63,810 bases of DNA, filler included, from Octopus bimaculoides (GCF_001194135.2; 5 parts of 5 records of this genome joined end to end with filler, not necessarily neighbours in it); one strand, 5' to 3'. Positions 24,880-38,180 are shown, numbered from the whole stretch's first letter. Made by a program: numbers and translations. Notes: a model not told the origin generated them from the sequence alone.

Positions 24880-25677
24880 NNNNNNNNNNNNNNNNNNNNN
24901 NNNNNNNNNNNNNNNNNNNNNNNNNNNNNNNNNNNNNNNNNNNNNNNNNNNNNNNNNNNNNNNNNNNNNNNNNNNNNNNNNNNNNNNNNNNNNNNNNNNN
25001 NNNNNNNNNNNNNNNNNNNNNNNNNNNNNNNNNNNNNNNNNNNNNNNNNNNNNNNNNNNNNNNNNNNNNNNNNNNNNNNNNNNNNNNNNNNNNNNNNNNN
25101 NNNNNNNNNNNNNNNNNNNNNNNNNNNNNNNNNNNNNNNNNNNNNNNNNNNNNNNNNNNNNNNNNNNNNNNNNNNNNNNNNNNNNNNNNNNNNNNNNNNN
25201 NNNNNNNNNNNNNNNNNNNNNNNNNNNNNNNNNNNNNNNNNNNNNNNNNNNNNNNNNNNNNNNNNNNNNNNNNNNNNNNNNNNNNNNNNNNNNNNNNNNN
25301 NNNNNNNNNNNNNNNNNNNNNNNNNNNNNNNNNNNNNNNNNNNNNNNNNNNNNNNNNNNNNNNNNNNNNNNNNNNNNNNNNNNNNNNNNNNNNNNNNNNN
25401 NNNNNNNNNNNNNNNNNNNNNNNNNNNNNNNNNNNNNNNNNNNNNNNNNNNNNNNNNNNNNNNNNNNNNNNNNNNATATATATATATATATATATGTATG
25501 TATATAACTACATATATATATATATATGTATGTATGCATATGTATATGCATAAATATGTGTGTGTATAAGTGTTTTTGCGTAAAATCCTACATAAAAATG
25601 AATCGAACTGAAAGTTCAGTCAATATGCTTAAGTGGCGTCTTTATGAATACACATAGCCATATATACACACACAAAT

Positions 25678-25716
<39 letters not shown>

Positions 25717-25750
25717 GACATACACACACACACACACATATATATATACA

Positions 25751-25781
<31 letters not shown>

Positions 25782-26607
25782 CACAAGCTTTGCTGACGAC
25801 TATGTAAGTATCAGTGAAGTCTTCCAATTATATGAAAATATACAAACATATTTATTGTAATATAAATGGGTCGATGCAAAACTATGAAATTCATTGATGT
25901 GATGACTCAATTCTCTACATTACTGCACTACATTATAATGGTACCACAAAACTGGAGATTAAAGTCAAGAGCTGTATACTCTCTGAGACATTCTCTACTG
26001 AAGACATTGTTAGCATCGTGCGCTTGCTATTAAATTGATAACATTCTTCGAACTCAGGATATCATAGATAAATATTGGTGTTTCGGAAAACATTTGTTCT
26101 CTGTCGACTTTGGTTATTGCACCAATTCCTAAGTTCAAGAGTGAATAGCTCATTAAGTAGCTTTATATGTTGGCGAGTGCATATCTTTGTGCCTAGAATA
26201 GCAATCGTCAACAAAATTGTATGATATTTTCGCCGATATGTATGTGTATATGTATGTGTTAATGGATGTTCATATATGTGCGTGCAGGTGTGTTTTTTTC
26301 CATACATGCATACATATTTATATACATACACCGACATACATACATACATACATACATACATACATACATACATACGTGCTCACCCACGCATACTTATATA
26401 CATGTGTTCATTGTAGAACGATGGAGATCCGCCACTTCTATAATATGAGTGAGTGCCTATACGTATGTATGTGTACATATAGTCATACATACATGTATGA
26501 CTATATGTACAGACAGACAAACAAACAGACAGACAGACAGATAGATAGACGGACAGACAGGCAGACAAATAAATAGATAGGTAGACAGACAGACAGATAT
26601 ATTGATT

Positions 26608-26671
<64 letters not shown>

Positions 26672-27194
26672 CACACACATCTTCCTTTATGGACTTGTAA
26701 TGTGTACGTATGCGCGTATGTAGCATTAGTCACTTTGTAGCTTTTCTGCTGACTAAAACACACATACACACACACACACATTGTCTATGCATTTATGCGT
26801 GAATATAATATATGTATGCACGAGCCTATGTATGTATGTATATATGAATATATGCAAACCTTCACTCCTGCTTAATAGAATGGAATATAATGCGTTCCTT
26901 GTCCATCAACTAGCATTGTATTTATGGAGACTATTTGCTCAGATTTTCAATAGAATAGTTGAAACAGTAGCATATATAATACGAATTTTCTTTCAAATAC
27001 ATCACAAACTGTTCAGGGTTAAAGGCGCACAATGAGAAACTTTCTCCTTCATCGTTTTTATCTAATGTGCCGAGGACCAGATTGAAAAAAAAAAAACATT
27101 TCTGAAATGCTAATTAATATATGTGATCGACACATCAGTAATGAAGAGGGGTGTAAATTTGAATGTAACTATGATATAATTCATTGTGCTTAAA

Positions 27195-27610
27195 TGGAGT
27201 GGCTGTGTGGTAAGTAGCTTGCTTAACAACCACATGGTTCCGGGTTCATTCCCACTGCGCGGCACCTTGGGCAAGTGTCTTCTACTATAGGCTCGGGCCG
27301 ACCAAAGCCTTGTGAGTGGATTTGGTAGACGGAAACTGAAAGAAGCCCGTCCTATATATGTATGTGTGTGTATATGTTTGTGTGTGTATATGTCTGTGTG
27401 TCTGTATTTGTCCCCCCAGCATCGCTTGACAACCGATGGTGGTGTGTTTACGTCCCCGTAACCTAGCGGTTCGGCAAAAGAGACCGATACAATAAGTACT
27501 AGGATTACAAAAGAATAAGTCCTGTGGTTGATTTGCTCGACTAAAGGCGGTGCTCCAGCATGGCCGCAGTCAAATGACTGAAACAAGTAAAAGAGTAAAA
27601 GGGAGTAAAG
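27195..27610 (+). mobile_element. SINE family A, full length (tRNA-like head, internal (TA/TG)n)
   Basis: A-box TGGCTGTGTGG, B-box GGTTCATTCCC, tail GGCGGTGCTCCAGCATGGCCGCAGTCAAATGACTGAAACAAGTAAAAGAG. The family has many copies in the window and may correspond to published octopus OK/OR SINEs (not verified). Confidence 0.9.
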
Positions 27611-29009
27611 AAAAAGTGTNNNNNNNNNNCAGTCAAATGACTGAAACAAGTAAAAGAGTAAAAGGGAGTAAAGAAAAAGTGTAATTTCTGATACTCAAAT
27701 CATGCAGGGTTCAATACTTGATTCGAAACAGTGTAGTTCTATCCCCCGTCAGTTGTATACTCCCTGCTCTCGTCACATTCCAGTAAATAATTCTTATTGA
27801 AAAGCAAGGTGGCATATGTACATTCAGAAGATAAGAGTTGAATCTATCCAACATTCACAGATTTTCTTGTAAAGAAAATTCGCTTCAATCAAAATTAGAC
27901 ACACTGTTCGTAGAGATATGACGAAGACCGTCGTATTTCAAAGAAAATACGAATCTCGCTTTTCCCATCTTACATGCCTATATTTGTCCATATCTACACA
28001 CAACAGCACTTCAAAGGCTATGAACATATTCCTTCATGCTCTACTCAAATAAACGACCATCAACAAATCAAAACGTCACATAGTAAATACAACCCGATCC
28101 AGCAACCTCCTGTTAGCTAGTCACTGTATTGTTCAATGGTTTCTCTCCCTTCATTCTTACTCATTTACTACGTGTGCGCCACCGCCATTTACCAAGCTGT
28201 ACAAATCAGTGAGTAAATTTCAAATTGATGGACCAACCTTCATCAATTTTAAAATACCATCTTTAAAATGGAAGCTCATAACAAACAATGTAGACCTCAA
28301 TATACAATACACAGGAAGTGTAATAACTGGATTACTTTTGATCAGAGGCCTACTCGACCATGGATAATCGGAGGCCAAGGAAACAACAAAAACTGTACAC
28401 AAATTAATTAATGTTTATTATTTTTTTTACATCGATTTCGAGACCACCTTTGGCTCAATATCACATTGACGGTGGGAGTGATTAGCCAATTAAATTTGTC
28501 ACAGTATTTACATGGATTTATTTTATCGACTTTCGACGAGTTCAAAGAGAGTCGTATGCTCAAATGACTAAATACTGCAGGAAATCCTTCTCCCGTGTGC
28601 TATCGATTCTGACAACTCCATCTCAGTTATCTATAAGAAATATATATATATATATATACACATGTGTGTGTATGTGCTTATATACGTGTATGTATATATG
28701 CTTATATATATATATATATGGTAAAAAATATACATATATATATATATACATATATATATGTATATTATATATATAATTATATATACATGCACACACATAT
28801 GTGTGTGTATGTGTGCGTGCCTGTGCGTGTGTGTGTGTATGCGTGCGTGTGTGTGTGTATGTGAGCATAATCAAAAGTTAAATGATAGACTAAAATATAA
28901 ACACATAAATATACTGTACCTTGTTTTCTAAAAACAAAAGAATCAAAACATCAAAGAAAAAAAATAGACAACGAATACCATGAAAGTAAAAAGCAAAATA
29001 AAAAAAATA

Positions 29010-29143
<134 letters not shown>

Positions 29144-29892
29144 AATGGATAGTACCAAACAAAAGAAAACAAATAGACTATCCTCCATTTTCCGGTACGG
29201 ATTCGTGAAATCTGAAAATAGAGATTATAGAAAATTTAATGGTAATTCGCCATTTTTTTTCAACGATTGCTTTCTGCACTTTTGTTAATTTCATTAATGC
29301 TACCATCCTAAAAATACTAACTATAAGGAGATAATATAATTTAAATCCCTGTACAGGCAGCCTATCAGAGACTTATTTCTTTCTTCTTCAATCTGATATT
29401 TTATGTGGTATTTTATATAAACACACATACACACACACACACATACATATATATACATATATATGTGTATGCATAAATATATATATATATCTAAATACAT
29501 TTATATATATATATATATATATATATNNNNNNNNNNNNNNNNNNNNNNNNNNNNNNNNNNNNNNNNNNNNNNNNNNNNNNNNNNNNNNNNNNNNNNNNNN
29601 NNNNNNNNNNNNNNNNNNNNNNNNNNNNNNNNNNNNNNNNNNNNNNNNNNNNNNNNNNNNNNNNNNNNNNNNNNNNNNNNNNNNNNNNNNNNNNNNNNNN
29701 NNNNNNNNNNNNNNNNNNNNNNNNNNNNNNNNNNNNNNNNNNNNNNNNNNNNNNNNNNNNNNNNNNNNNNNNNNNNNNNNNNNNNNNNNNNNNNNNNNNN
29801 NNNNNNNNNNNNNNNNNNNNNNNNNNNNNNNNNNNNNNNNNNNNNNNNNNNNNNNNNNNNNATATATATATATATATATATAATTATATATA

Positions 29893-29932
<40 letters not shown>

Positions 29933-29940
29933 TATATACT

Positions 29941-29977
<37 letters not shown>

Positions 29978-30423
29978 TCCTTTCTAAATTGATAAAAGTG
30001 AATTAGGAAAGAGAATAACACAATAAACAGAGAGTAATATATGATGAACAAAACAATGAAATTTAAACGTAAAAAATAAAAAAAAAACAAAAAGAACCAT
30101 TGCTGGTTGTTTGCAATATGAGAAGGGAGGAAACTGAAGGTCGCTGTGTTCGTGTTGAATAAACACTGGCGTCTGTGCATATGCAAGTGTGTCTGTATAT
30201 GTGTGTACGTACTTTAGTGTTTGTGTATGTAGGTATGTCTGTGTGCCTGTCAAGAAGCGTAAGGTTATGTTTGCGCATAGGTAGGTAGCCGTGTGTATTA
30301 TGTGTACGTATGTGCGTAGGAGTGTATGTGTACATATTCAAGTGTGCGTGGAAGTATTTTGCGTGCATATCGGTGCGTCTGTATACGTGTGTATAATGAT
30401 ATATGTGCTTGTGTGAGTTTGCA

Positions 30424-30464
<41 letters not shown>

Positions 30465-30930
30465 TGTGTGTATGTGTGTGTATGTGAGTGTATGCTGTTG
30501 TATATGTGCGTACGTGTGTCTGTCACTAGGTGTAGAATTGTATACATGTGTATGCGAGTGTGTAGACATATGTGTCTTTGGGAGTGGGTGTATTTTTGCC
30601 TGTAAGGGATATGTGACAGTCACCCTGTGTGCGTGTATGTGTATGTAGGACTTGCGTGTGAAGTTTTGTGTGCGTCAGCGCATTTGTATACATGTCAGTA
30701 GATATGTGTGTATGTAGAAGTTAATGTGTGTGTGTGTGAGCGAAATTGTGTGAGTGTGTGTGGAGTTTAGTATAAAAGTGCGCGTGTAGAAGGAGTGGTT
30801 AGGGTTTGATCAAATGTTTATGACTAGATACGTTTATCCCTGTGTGAGCATGAGAATGTATTAATATACGTCTATATGAGTATGTTGAGTTAATATAACG
30901 ATGAATCATGTATGTGAATGCATACACACA

Positions 30931-30974
<44 letters not shown>

Positions 30975-31090
30975 TACACACACACACATATATACATACG
31001 TGTTTGTGTATGTACGTACATACATATATACATATATGCATGTAGGTATATATGTCTGTATGTATGCATGCATGTATGTATATGCGTGTG

Positions 31091-31132
<42 letters not shown>

Positions 31133-31142
31133 NNNNNNNNNN

Positions 31143-31182
<40 letters not shown>

Positions 31183-31388
31183 TTACGTGTATATATCAGT
31201 ATATATGTATATATATATGTGTGGGGGGATGTATATATACGTACACACAGTGGGAGGGAAAGAGTGATAGATGAAACAGACATCATTTAAAGACACACAC
31301 ATATACACACAGATATATGCTTATATGTATACATATATGCATATTTTAGGCAAAAATGTGTGAATATTTACTTTCGTGAAGATAAATG

Positions 31389-31575
31389 GGATCTATTCAA
31401 TTTGACGGCCAGATTTTATAATTAACATGAAATAACTTCTAAAATACAAAATTGTGTCAAAAACGTTAAGAGTAAACCCTGTTCTATGTGACACATTCTA
31501 CCAGTATCCGAAGTTTCAAAGTGTTTAGTTAAAAATAATTAATTAAAAAATCTGGCCGTCAAATTGAATGGATCC
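31389..31575. mobile_element. 187-bp MITE with about 29-bp TIRs (GG...CC) and an 8-bp TSD; Merlin-like candidate
   Basis: Left TIR GGATCTATTCAATTTGACGGCCAGATTTT; right AAAATCTGGCCGTCAAATTGAATGGATCC (1 mismatch). Flanked by identical GATAAATG at 31381-31388 and 31576-31583. Confidence 0.9.
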
Positions 31576-31673
31576 GATAAATGTATAACTATAGAAAGGA
31601 ACGTAGCTGTGCATATCTAAATATATAGTTTTAGAGAAAAGAACCAAGGTTCCTGAACTCATATACACACACA

Positions 31674-31737
<64 letters not shown>

Positions 31738-31889
31738 CACACACATTTCATTATTAAAAATCTTATTTGCTTGAGACTATTTTTTGTTTNNNNNNNNNNN
31801 NNNNNNNNNNNNNNNNNNNNNNNNNNNNNNNNNTTAATTAATTAANNNNNNNNNNNNNNNNNNNNNNNNNNNNNNNNNNNNNNNNNNNN

Positions 31890-31931
<42 letters not shown>

Positions 31932-31964
31932 TTACAGACATTTTGTTGGATGGTCGTTGACTGT

Positions 31965-32283
31965 ACAGGAGTGACTGCGTGGTAAGTAACTTGCTTACCA
32001 ACCACATGGTCCGGGCTTCAGTCCCACTGCGTTGCACCTTCGGCAAGTGTCTTATATATATATGTATGTGCGTGTATATGTTTGTATGTGTTTGTCCCTC
32101 AGCATCGCTTAACAACCGATGCCGGTGTGTTTGCGTCCCCGTAACTTACCGGTTTGGCAAACGAGCGCGATAGAATAAGTACTAGGCTTACAAAGAATAA
32201 GCTCTGGGGTCGATTTGCTAGACTATAAAGGCGGTGCTCCAGCATGGCCGCAGTCAAATGACTGAAATAAGTAAAAGAGAGAA
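31965..32283 (+). mobile_element. SINE family A, full length
   Basis: AGGAGTGACTGCGTGGTAAGTAAC...GGGCTTCAGTCCC...GCAGTCAAATGACTGAAATAAGTAAAAGAG. Confidence 0.9.
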
Positions 32284-32287
32284 TATA

Positions 32288-32783
32288 TGAAGATGACGAT
32301 GAACAGTTGTATAGTTTGATCTAAGCTTTATTGCCAATTCTTCAACTGATAATGCAGGACTTTCTCCAAGTAATGCCTCAAGGAGCTTATCATCAAACTC
32401 AACTGGCCGTCCTGTTCGATCTTCATCTTCAAGGCTGAAATCTCCACTTCTGAATTTTGCAAACCACCTCCTGCAAGTTCTTTGATTCAAGTATTCTTTT
32501 CCATAAACTGAGAGTATGTTTCGAGTCGGTTCGGCTGCAGAGTTTCCTTTTCTGTACTCATAAAGCATTATGCGCCTCAAATGCTCTTTTGATACTTCCA
32601 TGTTAGAAAGGGTTTTAATCTAAGAAATTTTAATTCTATTATTGTGTAAAATAATATTTAGTTAGTTTAAATGTACACTAATGCATAAACATAATTTTTA
32701 ATTCCATTAGACATTCTAAAATACTAATAAATTTCATTCAATTTTATGGAAGGTAAAATTGGACAGAACTTATGGGATGACTT

Positions 32784-32786
<3 letters not shown>
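32288..32786 (-). mobile_element. Mariner (DD34D-type) 5' half: left TIR and transposase N-terminal HTH domains, truncated at the SINE
   Basis: MEVSKEHLRRIMLYEYRKGNSAAEPTRNILSVYGKEYLNQRTCRRWFAKFRSGDFSLEDEDRTGRPVEFDDKLLEALLGESPALSVEELAIKLRSNYTTVHRHL (Mos1/SETMAR-like, with GRP linker). TIR CAAGTCATCCCATAAGTTCTGTCC abuts (TA)n. Confidence 0.92.
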
Positions 32787-32836
<50 letters not shown>

Positions 32837-33900
32837 AAAAACACAAAAAAACAATAACATATATACAGACATACATGATTATGATACATAATACAAATTT
32901 TTCAATACATTAAGAGATATTTAAAGCACGACTCGTCGGACCGTTGTCGCTTCATGTTTCTCTGCCATCAACAGTGACAATTAAAATGATATAAAAAGAA
33001 TTATTTGTGAATTATTCACAAATAGATATTTTGGCAGTGTAAGATATTTTCCAAAGATTTTCAAAACATAACATACACGCAACGTGTATGTTATAAAGAA
33101 TAATTTATAACTACGATATTTTTGCTTCTCCAAACATCTTACTCGAGACATAGTCGTTGTCTGCGTTATTTTGCTTTACATATCATCTGGTAAAACGAAT
33201 TCTTTTTCAGAGAATTCCGAATGTTATGCAACTTTTGTTACATGTAATGTGTCAGTAATATATATTTATAAATTCTAAATTATGCATGTAGATACTTGTT
33301 CAAATTCCTCCTAACATAATCGTTTTTTTTTTTTGCCATTTTCAGTTTAATAAATCATCTGGAATCTCGAAATGGTTTTCTTTTTTTTTTTTTTGGAGAA
33401 AAATTCAAAACGTTCGCAATTTCTATGGTTACGCGTTAAATGTGTTTTCTTTTTATATTTGGAAAATTTTGTGTATACAGCAATGTTAAAATTTGATAAT
33501 TTAAGCAGTATAGTAATAATACTCATGAATATTAAAAATATACTAATAACATTCAGGGATATTTATATTAAATATCTGGTCGTATGTATGTATGTATGTA
33601 TGTATGTTTGTATGTATAGTCAAGACGTCATAAACAAGAATGGGAAATTATACATCTTCAAAATTCGTTTATTACAATATCATTCTCATTAAATTCTAAT
33701 CCGACACGTGTTTCTGTTGCATAAGTTTCCTAATGTCTTCTGTTGTAGCATTTATGCGCACTGAGTTCATTCAGTTACAGTACATATTCATTGAGCGTAG
33801 ACATTTCTACGCAGCTTTGTTCAAAGTTTTACACGTGTGGATGGATGAAGCGAACTAAACAGAGTACCTGCCCGGATTCCAAACCCCAACCCCGTTACGG

Positions 33901-33945
<45 letters not shown>

Positions 33946-33960
33946 ATATATATACACGCG

Positions 33961-33992
<32 letters not shown>

Positions 33993-34189
33993 NNNNNNNN
34001 NNNNNNNNNNNNNNNNNNNNNNNNNNNNNNNNNNNNNNNNNNNNNNNNNNNNNNNNNNNNNNNNNNNNNNNNNNNNNNNNNNNNNNNNNNNNNNNNNNNN
34101 NNNNNNNNNNNNNNNNNNNNNNNNNNNNNNNNNNNNNNNNNNNNNNNNNNNNNNNNNNNNNNNNNNNNNNNNNNNNNNNNNNNNNNNNN

Positions 34190-34222
<33 letters not shown>

Positions 34223-34226
34223 AAAA

Positions 34227-34972
34227 TTTTATAATTATAAGCATAATTATAATTAGGTTTCAGCAAAATTGCTTCACCACATACCGAAATTTAGAAATAG
34301 CAGTTAAATACTGTTCCACTAACATAAGATATCGCCCAGACACCAATACTCCCAACTCACGCGGGCAAAGAGAAAGAAATAACGAATCCACCCGGCTTTG
34401 ATCAACTATAAACGCGTTTCTGGATTAAAGAGATGTAAAATATCATTTTTTATTCACTTATTTCCGTCTTCAGTATAGTATTTCAATTATAAATTTGAGA
34501 GAATTACTAATGAAAATATGTATTCGACCAAGCACCATCGAACAGCTCATATCCAAAAACCAGTACTTCCGAATTCATATAGACGAGTGAGAACTCGCAT
34601 TCTTCCCCAATCCCCCACGCGTGCTACGAGTAATCCCGCAGAATCTGCAGTTTACTATCAGCGTGTGAATTATATTATAAATAATAATAATAAAGGGTAA
34701 AATTATTTAATTAATCAATTCATTTTTAATAATGTTATCAAGTAGTTCATTATGTTAAAAGAACCATTATCGGTAAACTTATACAATTTTTTAATAATTA
34801 TAAGCATAATTATAATTAGGGTTTAGCAAAATTGTTTCACCACATACCGAAATTTAGAAATAGCAGTTAAATACTATTCCACTACTATGAGATATCTCCC
34901 AAACAGCAATACTTCCAACTCACGCAGGCAAAGAGAAAAAAAATAACGAATCTATCCGGCTTTTGTCAACTA
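34227..34972. repeat. Pair of about 185-bp direct repeats (34227-34409 and 34789-34972) around a unique spacer
   Basis: Both read TAATTATAAGCATAATTATAATTAGG...CACCACATACCGAAATTTAGAAATAGCAGTTAAATACT...CCAACTCACGC.GGCAAAGAGAAA...CCGGCTTT..TCAACTA; about 85-90% identical by eye. Confidence 0.9.
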
Positions 34973-35007
34973 TTATTATTATTGATATACTCATTTACTA
35001 TTTGTAT

Positions 35008-35038
<31 letters not shown>

Positions 35039-35121
35039 GTGTGTATGTATATATATACATGTATGTATATTCATATATGTATTTATATATATATATATAT
35101 ATGTGCACATGTATGTATGTA

Positions 35122-35156
<35 letters not shown>

Positions 35157-35723
35157 GTGTGTGTATGTGTGTGTGTATGTATAACGTATGAGTGCGTACA
35201 TATATTATTGTGAATGTGTACAATGTACTCACTGGTATCACATTTATTCCAGGGTTTACACACGTTTCTGAAAAGTGTTGGTAAGAAAGGAAAGAAAAAC
35301 ATGCAAGATGCCAAGAATGAGAACATGATGTAGTCATATTCATTATATAATGTGCAATACTTAATGATCTCCCAGTCATTTAGTCATAACCTAATGAGCA
35401 AATAGAATACAATTACGCATTGGTTGTTTCGTGACGGAAGAATATTTTGCGTGTTTCCTGTTTGCTTAAAGAGTTTGTTTCTGCGGGAGAAATTCTCTTT
35501 CATACCAAATTAGATAGTCACTGCTGAGGGATATACACCATGTATCTGTCTTTGATAATTCATATATACATACATATGTCTGTGTGCGTGTGTTTATGTA
35601 TGTATGTATTTCTCTCCCCCTCTCTGTCTCTCTCTATCTTTCTATCTGTCTATATATATATGCATGTATGTATGAAAATACAGATATGTATATGTGAATG
35701 TATATATCACTTTTTCTCATATA

Positions 35724-35924
35724 CAGGGTTGGCCAAATGTCACCTGAGAGTAAATCAAAATCATTTAATTCCAAGATTTATTCATGTTTAACAACTGAAG
35801 GAATTTAATAAAAGAAACTAGATATGTCCTTCTTCAGCGACACACTTTTCCATTTGAGTCAATACAAAATTACAAATAGTATTTATGGAATTTTGATTTA
35901 CTGTCAGGTGACTTTTGGCCAATA

Positions 35925-35927
<3 letters not shown>
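35724..35927. mobile_element. 204-bp Tc1/mariner-type MITE, about 38-bp TIRs, TA TSD
   Basis: TA|CAGGGTTGGCCAAATGTCACCTGAGAGTAAATCAAAAT ... ATTTTGATTTACTGTCAGGTGACTTTTGGCCAATACTG|TA. Confidence 0.88.
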
Positions 35928-35964
<37 letters not shown>

Positions 35965-36019
35965 NNNNNNNNNNNNNNNNNNNNNNNNNNNNNNNNNNNN
36001 NNNNNNNNNNNNNNGTGTG

Positions 36020-36056
<37 letters not shown>

Positions 36057-36552
36057 ATGTATGTATATATGTATGTCATATATGCAGGACTGTATGTATG
36101 TTTGTATACTTATATTTATACTGAAGACAAGAACTGCGTCTTTATACAATTGTGGCACAACATAGGCCTATATCTTTTATTTCGTAGCATCCAACAGCAT
36201 TTGCATCTCACATTCTGTTGTCACTTTTTCTTTCGCCCGATTTTTTATGCTTTCGATATTTCTGTCTCCGCTTTCATTAAATATTTCTTCCTACTCATGC
36301 TTTCTTTCGTTTCCTTTTCATACGTTCACTTCCTTTACTTCTCTCCCTGGCCCCTCTCTCCCTCTACTCTCCCTTTCTCTCTCTCACCCCATTGCTATAA
36401 ATCAGTGTATAAGAATGTTGTGTATGTATATATATACGCACATGCATACATGAATATATACATATATATGTATGTATATATTTATATATATTCGTATCAT
36501 ATATATATGTGTATATATATATGTATATACATATATATGCACACGCGCACAC

Positions 36553-36621
<69 letters not shown>

Positions 36622-36653
36622 TAGATAGATAGATAGATAGATANNNNNNNNNN

Positions 36654-36733
<80 letters not shown>
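36553..36733. repeat. (GACA)n(GATA)n compound microsatellite
   Basis: Directly visible; a similar tract lies at 26510-26670. Confidence 0.97.
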
Positions 36734-36734
<1 letters not shown>

Positions 36735-37469
36735 GTAGGTGTGTGTACACACACACTTGCACACATTCTTGCAGACACGCATTCATATAAATACACACGC
36801 ACAAGTTATCATATACCCAAGAAATCCGAAGAAAATGCTTTAAGTAGGAGATACAGAAGTTCAAACATTTTTTGTAATGTTTAATATAACTCGCTGGTTA
36901 CACATTTGTTCCTCTTTGCTTTCTAATAAACACTAAAATTGACTTTTTTCAATCACAGCTTTCCATTACGTTGAACCAGTTATACCTCCCTGATGTTTAT
37001 TTATTCGTCTCTGAATGATATCAGCCGATTGTTTATTTCCTGGGGTACCGTTCTGGATATGAAATCCATAGAACTTGAATCGGCCAGTTCCAGCCGAAAG
37101 TAGCCAGATTTAGATTCTCACTCCCACCCTACGATGTCGTTTAAAAAAATAAACAATTGCGTCATTGAAATCACAAATCTATGAGATAATACACGATAAA
37201 TTGATAAGAATGCGAATAAATAAACCTTAGACTTCACTGAGTAATCGGAGTACTAAAGGTTGAATGTCATAATCATATTGCTCAAGACACGCTCCCTGAG
37301 GTTTTGACCATACCAGTTGCTTCCTGTGATCGATAAGATCGGTCTCTGAGATTTGCACAACTTTCAAATGTGACAGTGTTCTATCAGTGATATCGATCTC
37401 TCTAGCCAATTGAAATGCAAGTAGATTTTAAGAAATGCAGGTAGATCTATGATCAATGATAAGAGTAAC

Positions 37470-37627
37470 TAAGGTGGCTAGCTGGCAGAGTCATTAGCAC
37501 ACCGAACAAAATGCTTATCGGCATTTCGTCCGTCTTCAGGTTCGGAGTTCAAATTCCGCCGAGGTCGACTATGCAATCAACTTCTCACCTCTCCCGAACT
37601 TGCTGGCCGTATGCCAAAATTTGAAAT
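37470..37627 (+). mobile_element. SINE family B with internal deletion
   Basis: AAGGTGGCTAGCTGGCAGAG...GGAGTTCAAATTCCGCCGAGGTCGACT joined directly to the tail ...GCTGGCCGTATGCCAAAATTTGAAATC. Confidence 0.75.
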
Positions 37628-37845
37628 CAATATTATGAGGTTCCATATAAAGGCCAAGTATGGCCCATCTGCCTTGTAAATTTCAGCTGGGATGAAGTGA
37701 GAGCCTGATGCCTTGCCATTTACGAGAAACTTACTTGCTTTCTTGACCTCTACTTGGCTGGAGGCACTGACGGCGAAGTCAACTTGGACCATGCAAGCAA
37801 TGGCTTCAGTGTTGATAGGTAAAGGCCTGTTCACGATACTTTTCA
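37628..37845 (-). mobile_element. RTE LINE fragment (endonuclease-RT linker), inverted
   Basis: SIVNRPLPINTEAIACMVQVD...EVKKASKFLVNGKASGSHFIPAEIYKADGPYL (cf. RTE/BovB VLNRPS.I...AI...PQ...EV.KAI..L..GKAPG.D.IPAEIYK.GG). Confidence 0.8.
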
Positions 37846-38180
37846 GGAAAACTGTTTTAAATGAACCGGCTAAAGGTCAGGGCACAGAGGTGGGCAGAAC
37901 AAGAGCTTCAAGGACACGCTTAAAGCTTCACTGAAGAGCTTTGAGATCTACCCTGGGAAAATCCTGGCAAAGCTGCAACCAGCAGAGATACTGCCTCCTA
38001 CGGACAGAAAAGGATTGCAGGGACACGAAGAAAACCTGGACTGCGCAATTCCAAATCCAACTCCTGGCTTTCAGTCCCAACAGACCACTTGTGATCAACC
38101 TGCAGCAGAGCCTTCTGACCACTCGTCAGACTGATTGACCACAGCTGGACACACCGTGACGCGTCTTCTTCTCCCATGGG
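37846..38180 (+). mobile_element. RTE LINE 3' end with degenerate C2H2 finger and 3'UTR
   Basis: GGQNKSFKDTLKASLKSFEIYP (cf. GGQKKRFKDTLK.SLK.F.I.P); near 38095-38155 a frameshifted C.RAF...LI.H..TH finger-like motif. Confidence 0.75.

Noticed and set aside
27195-27270. tRNA-like A/B boxes at the heads of SINE A, B and C
   Set aside because: No complete cloverleaf, and they continue into SINE bodies, so they are not tRNA genes.
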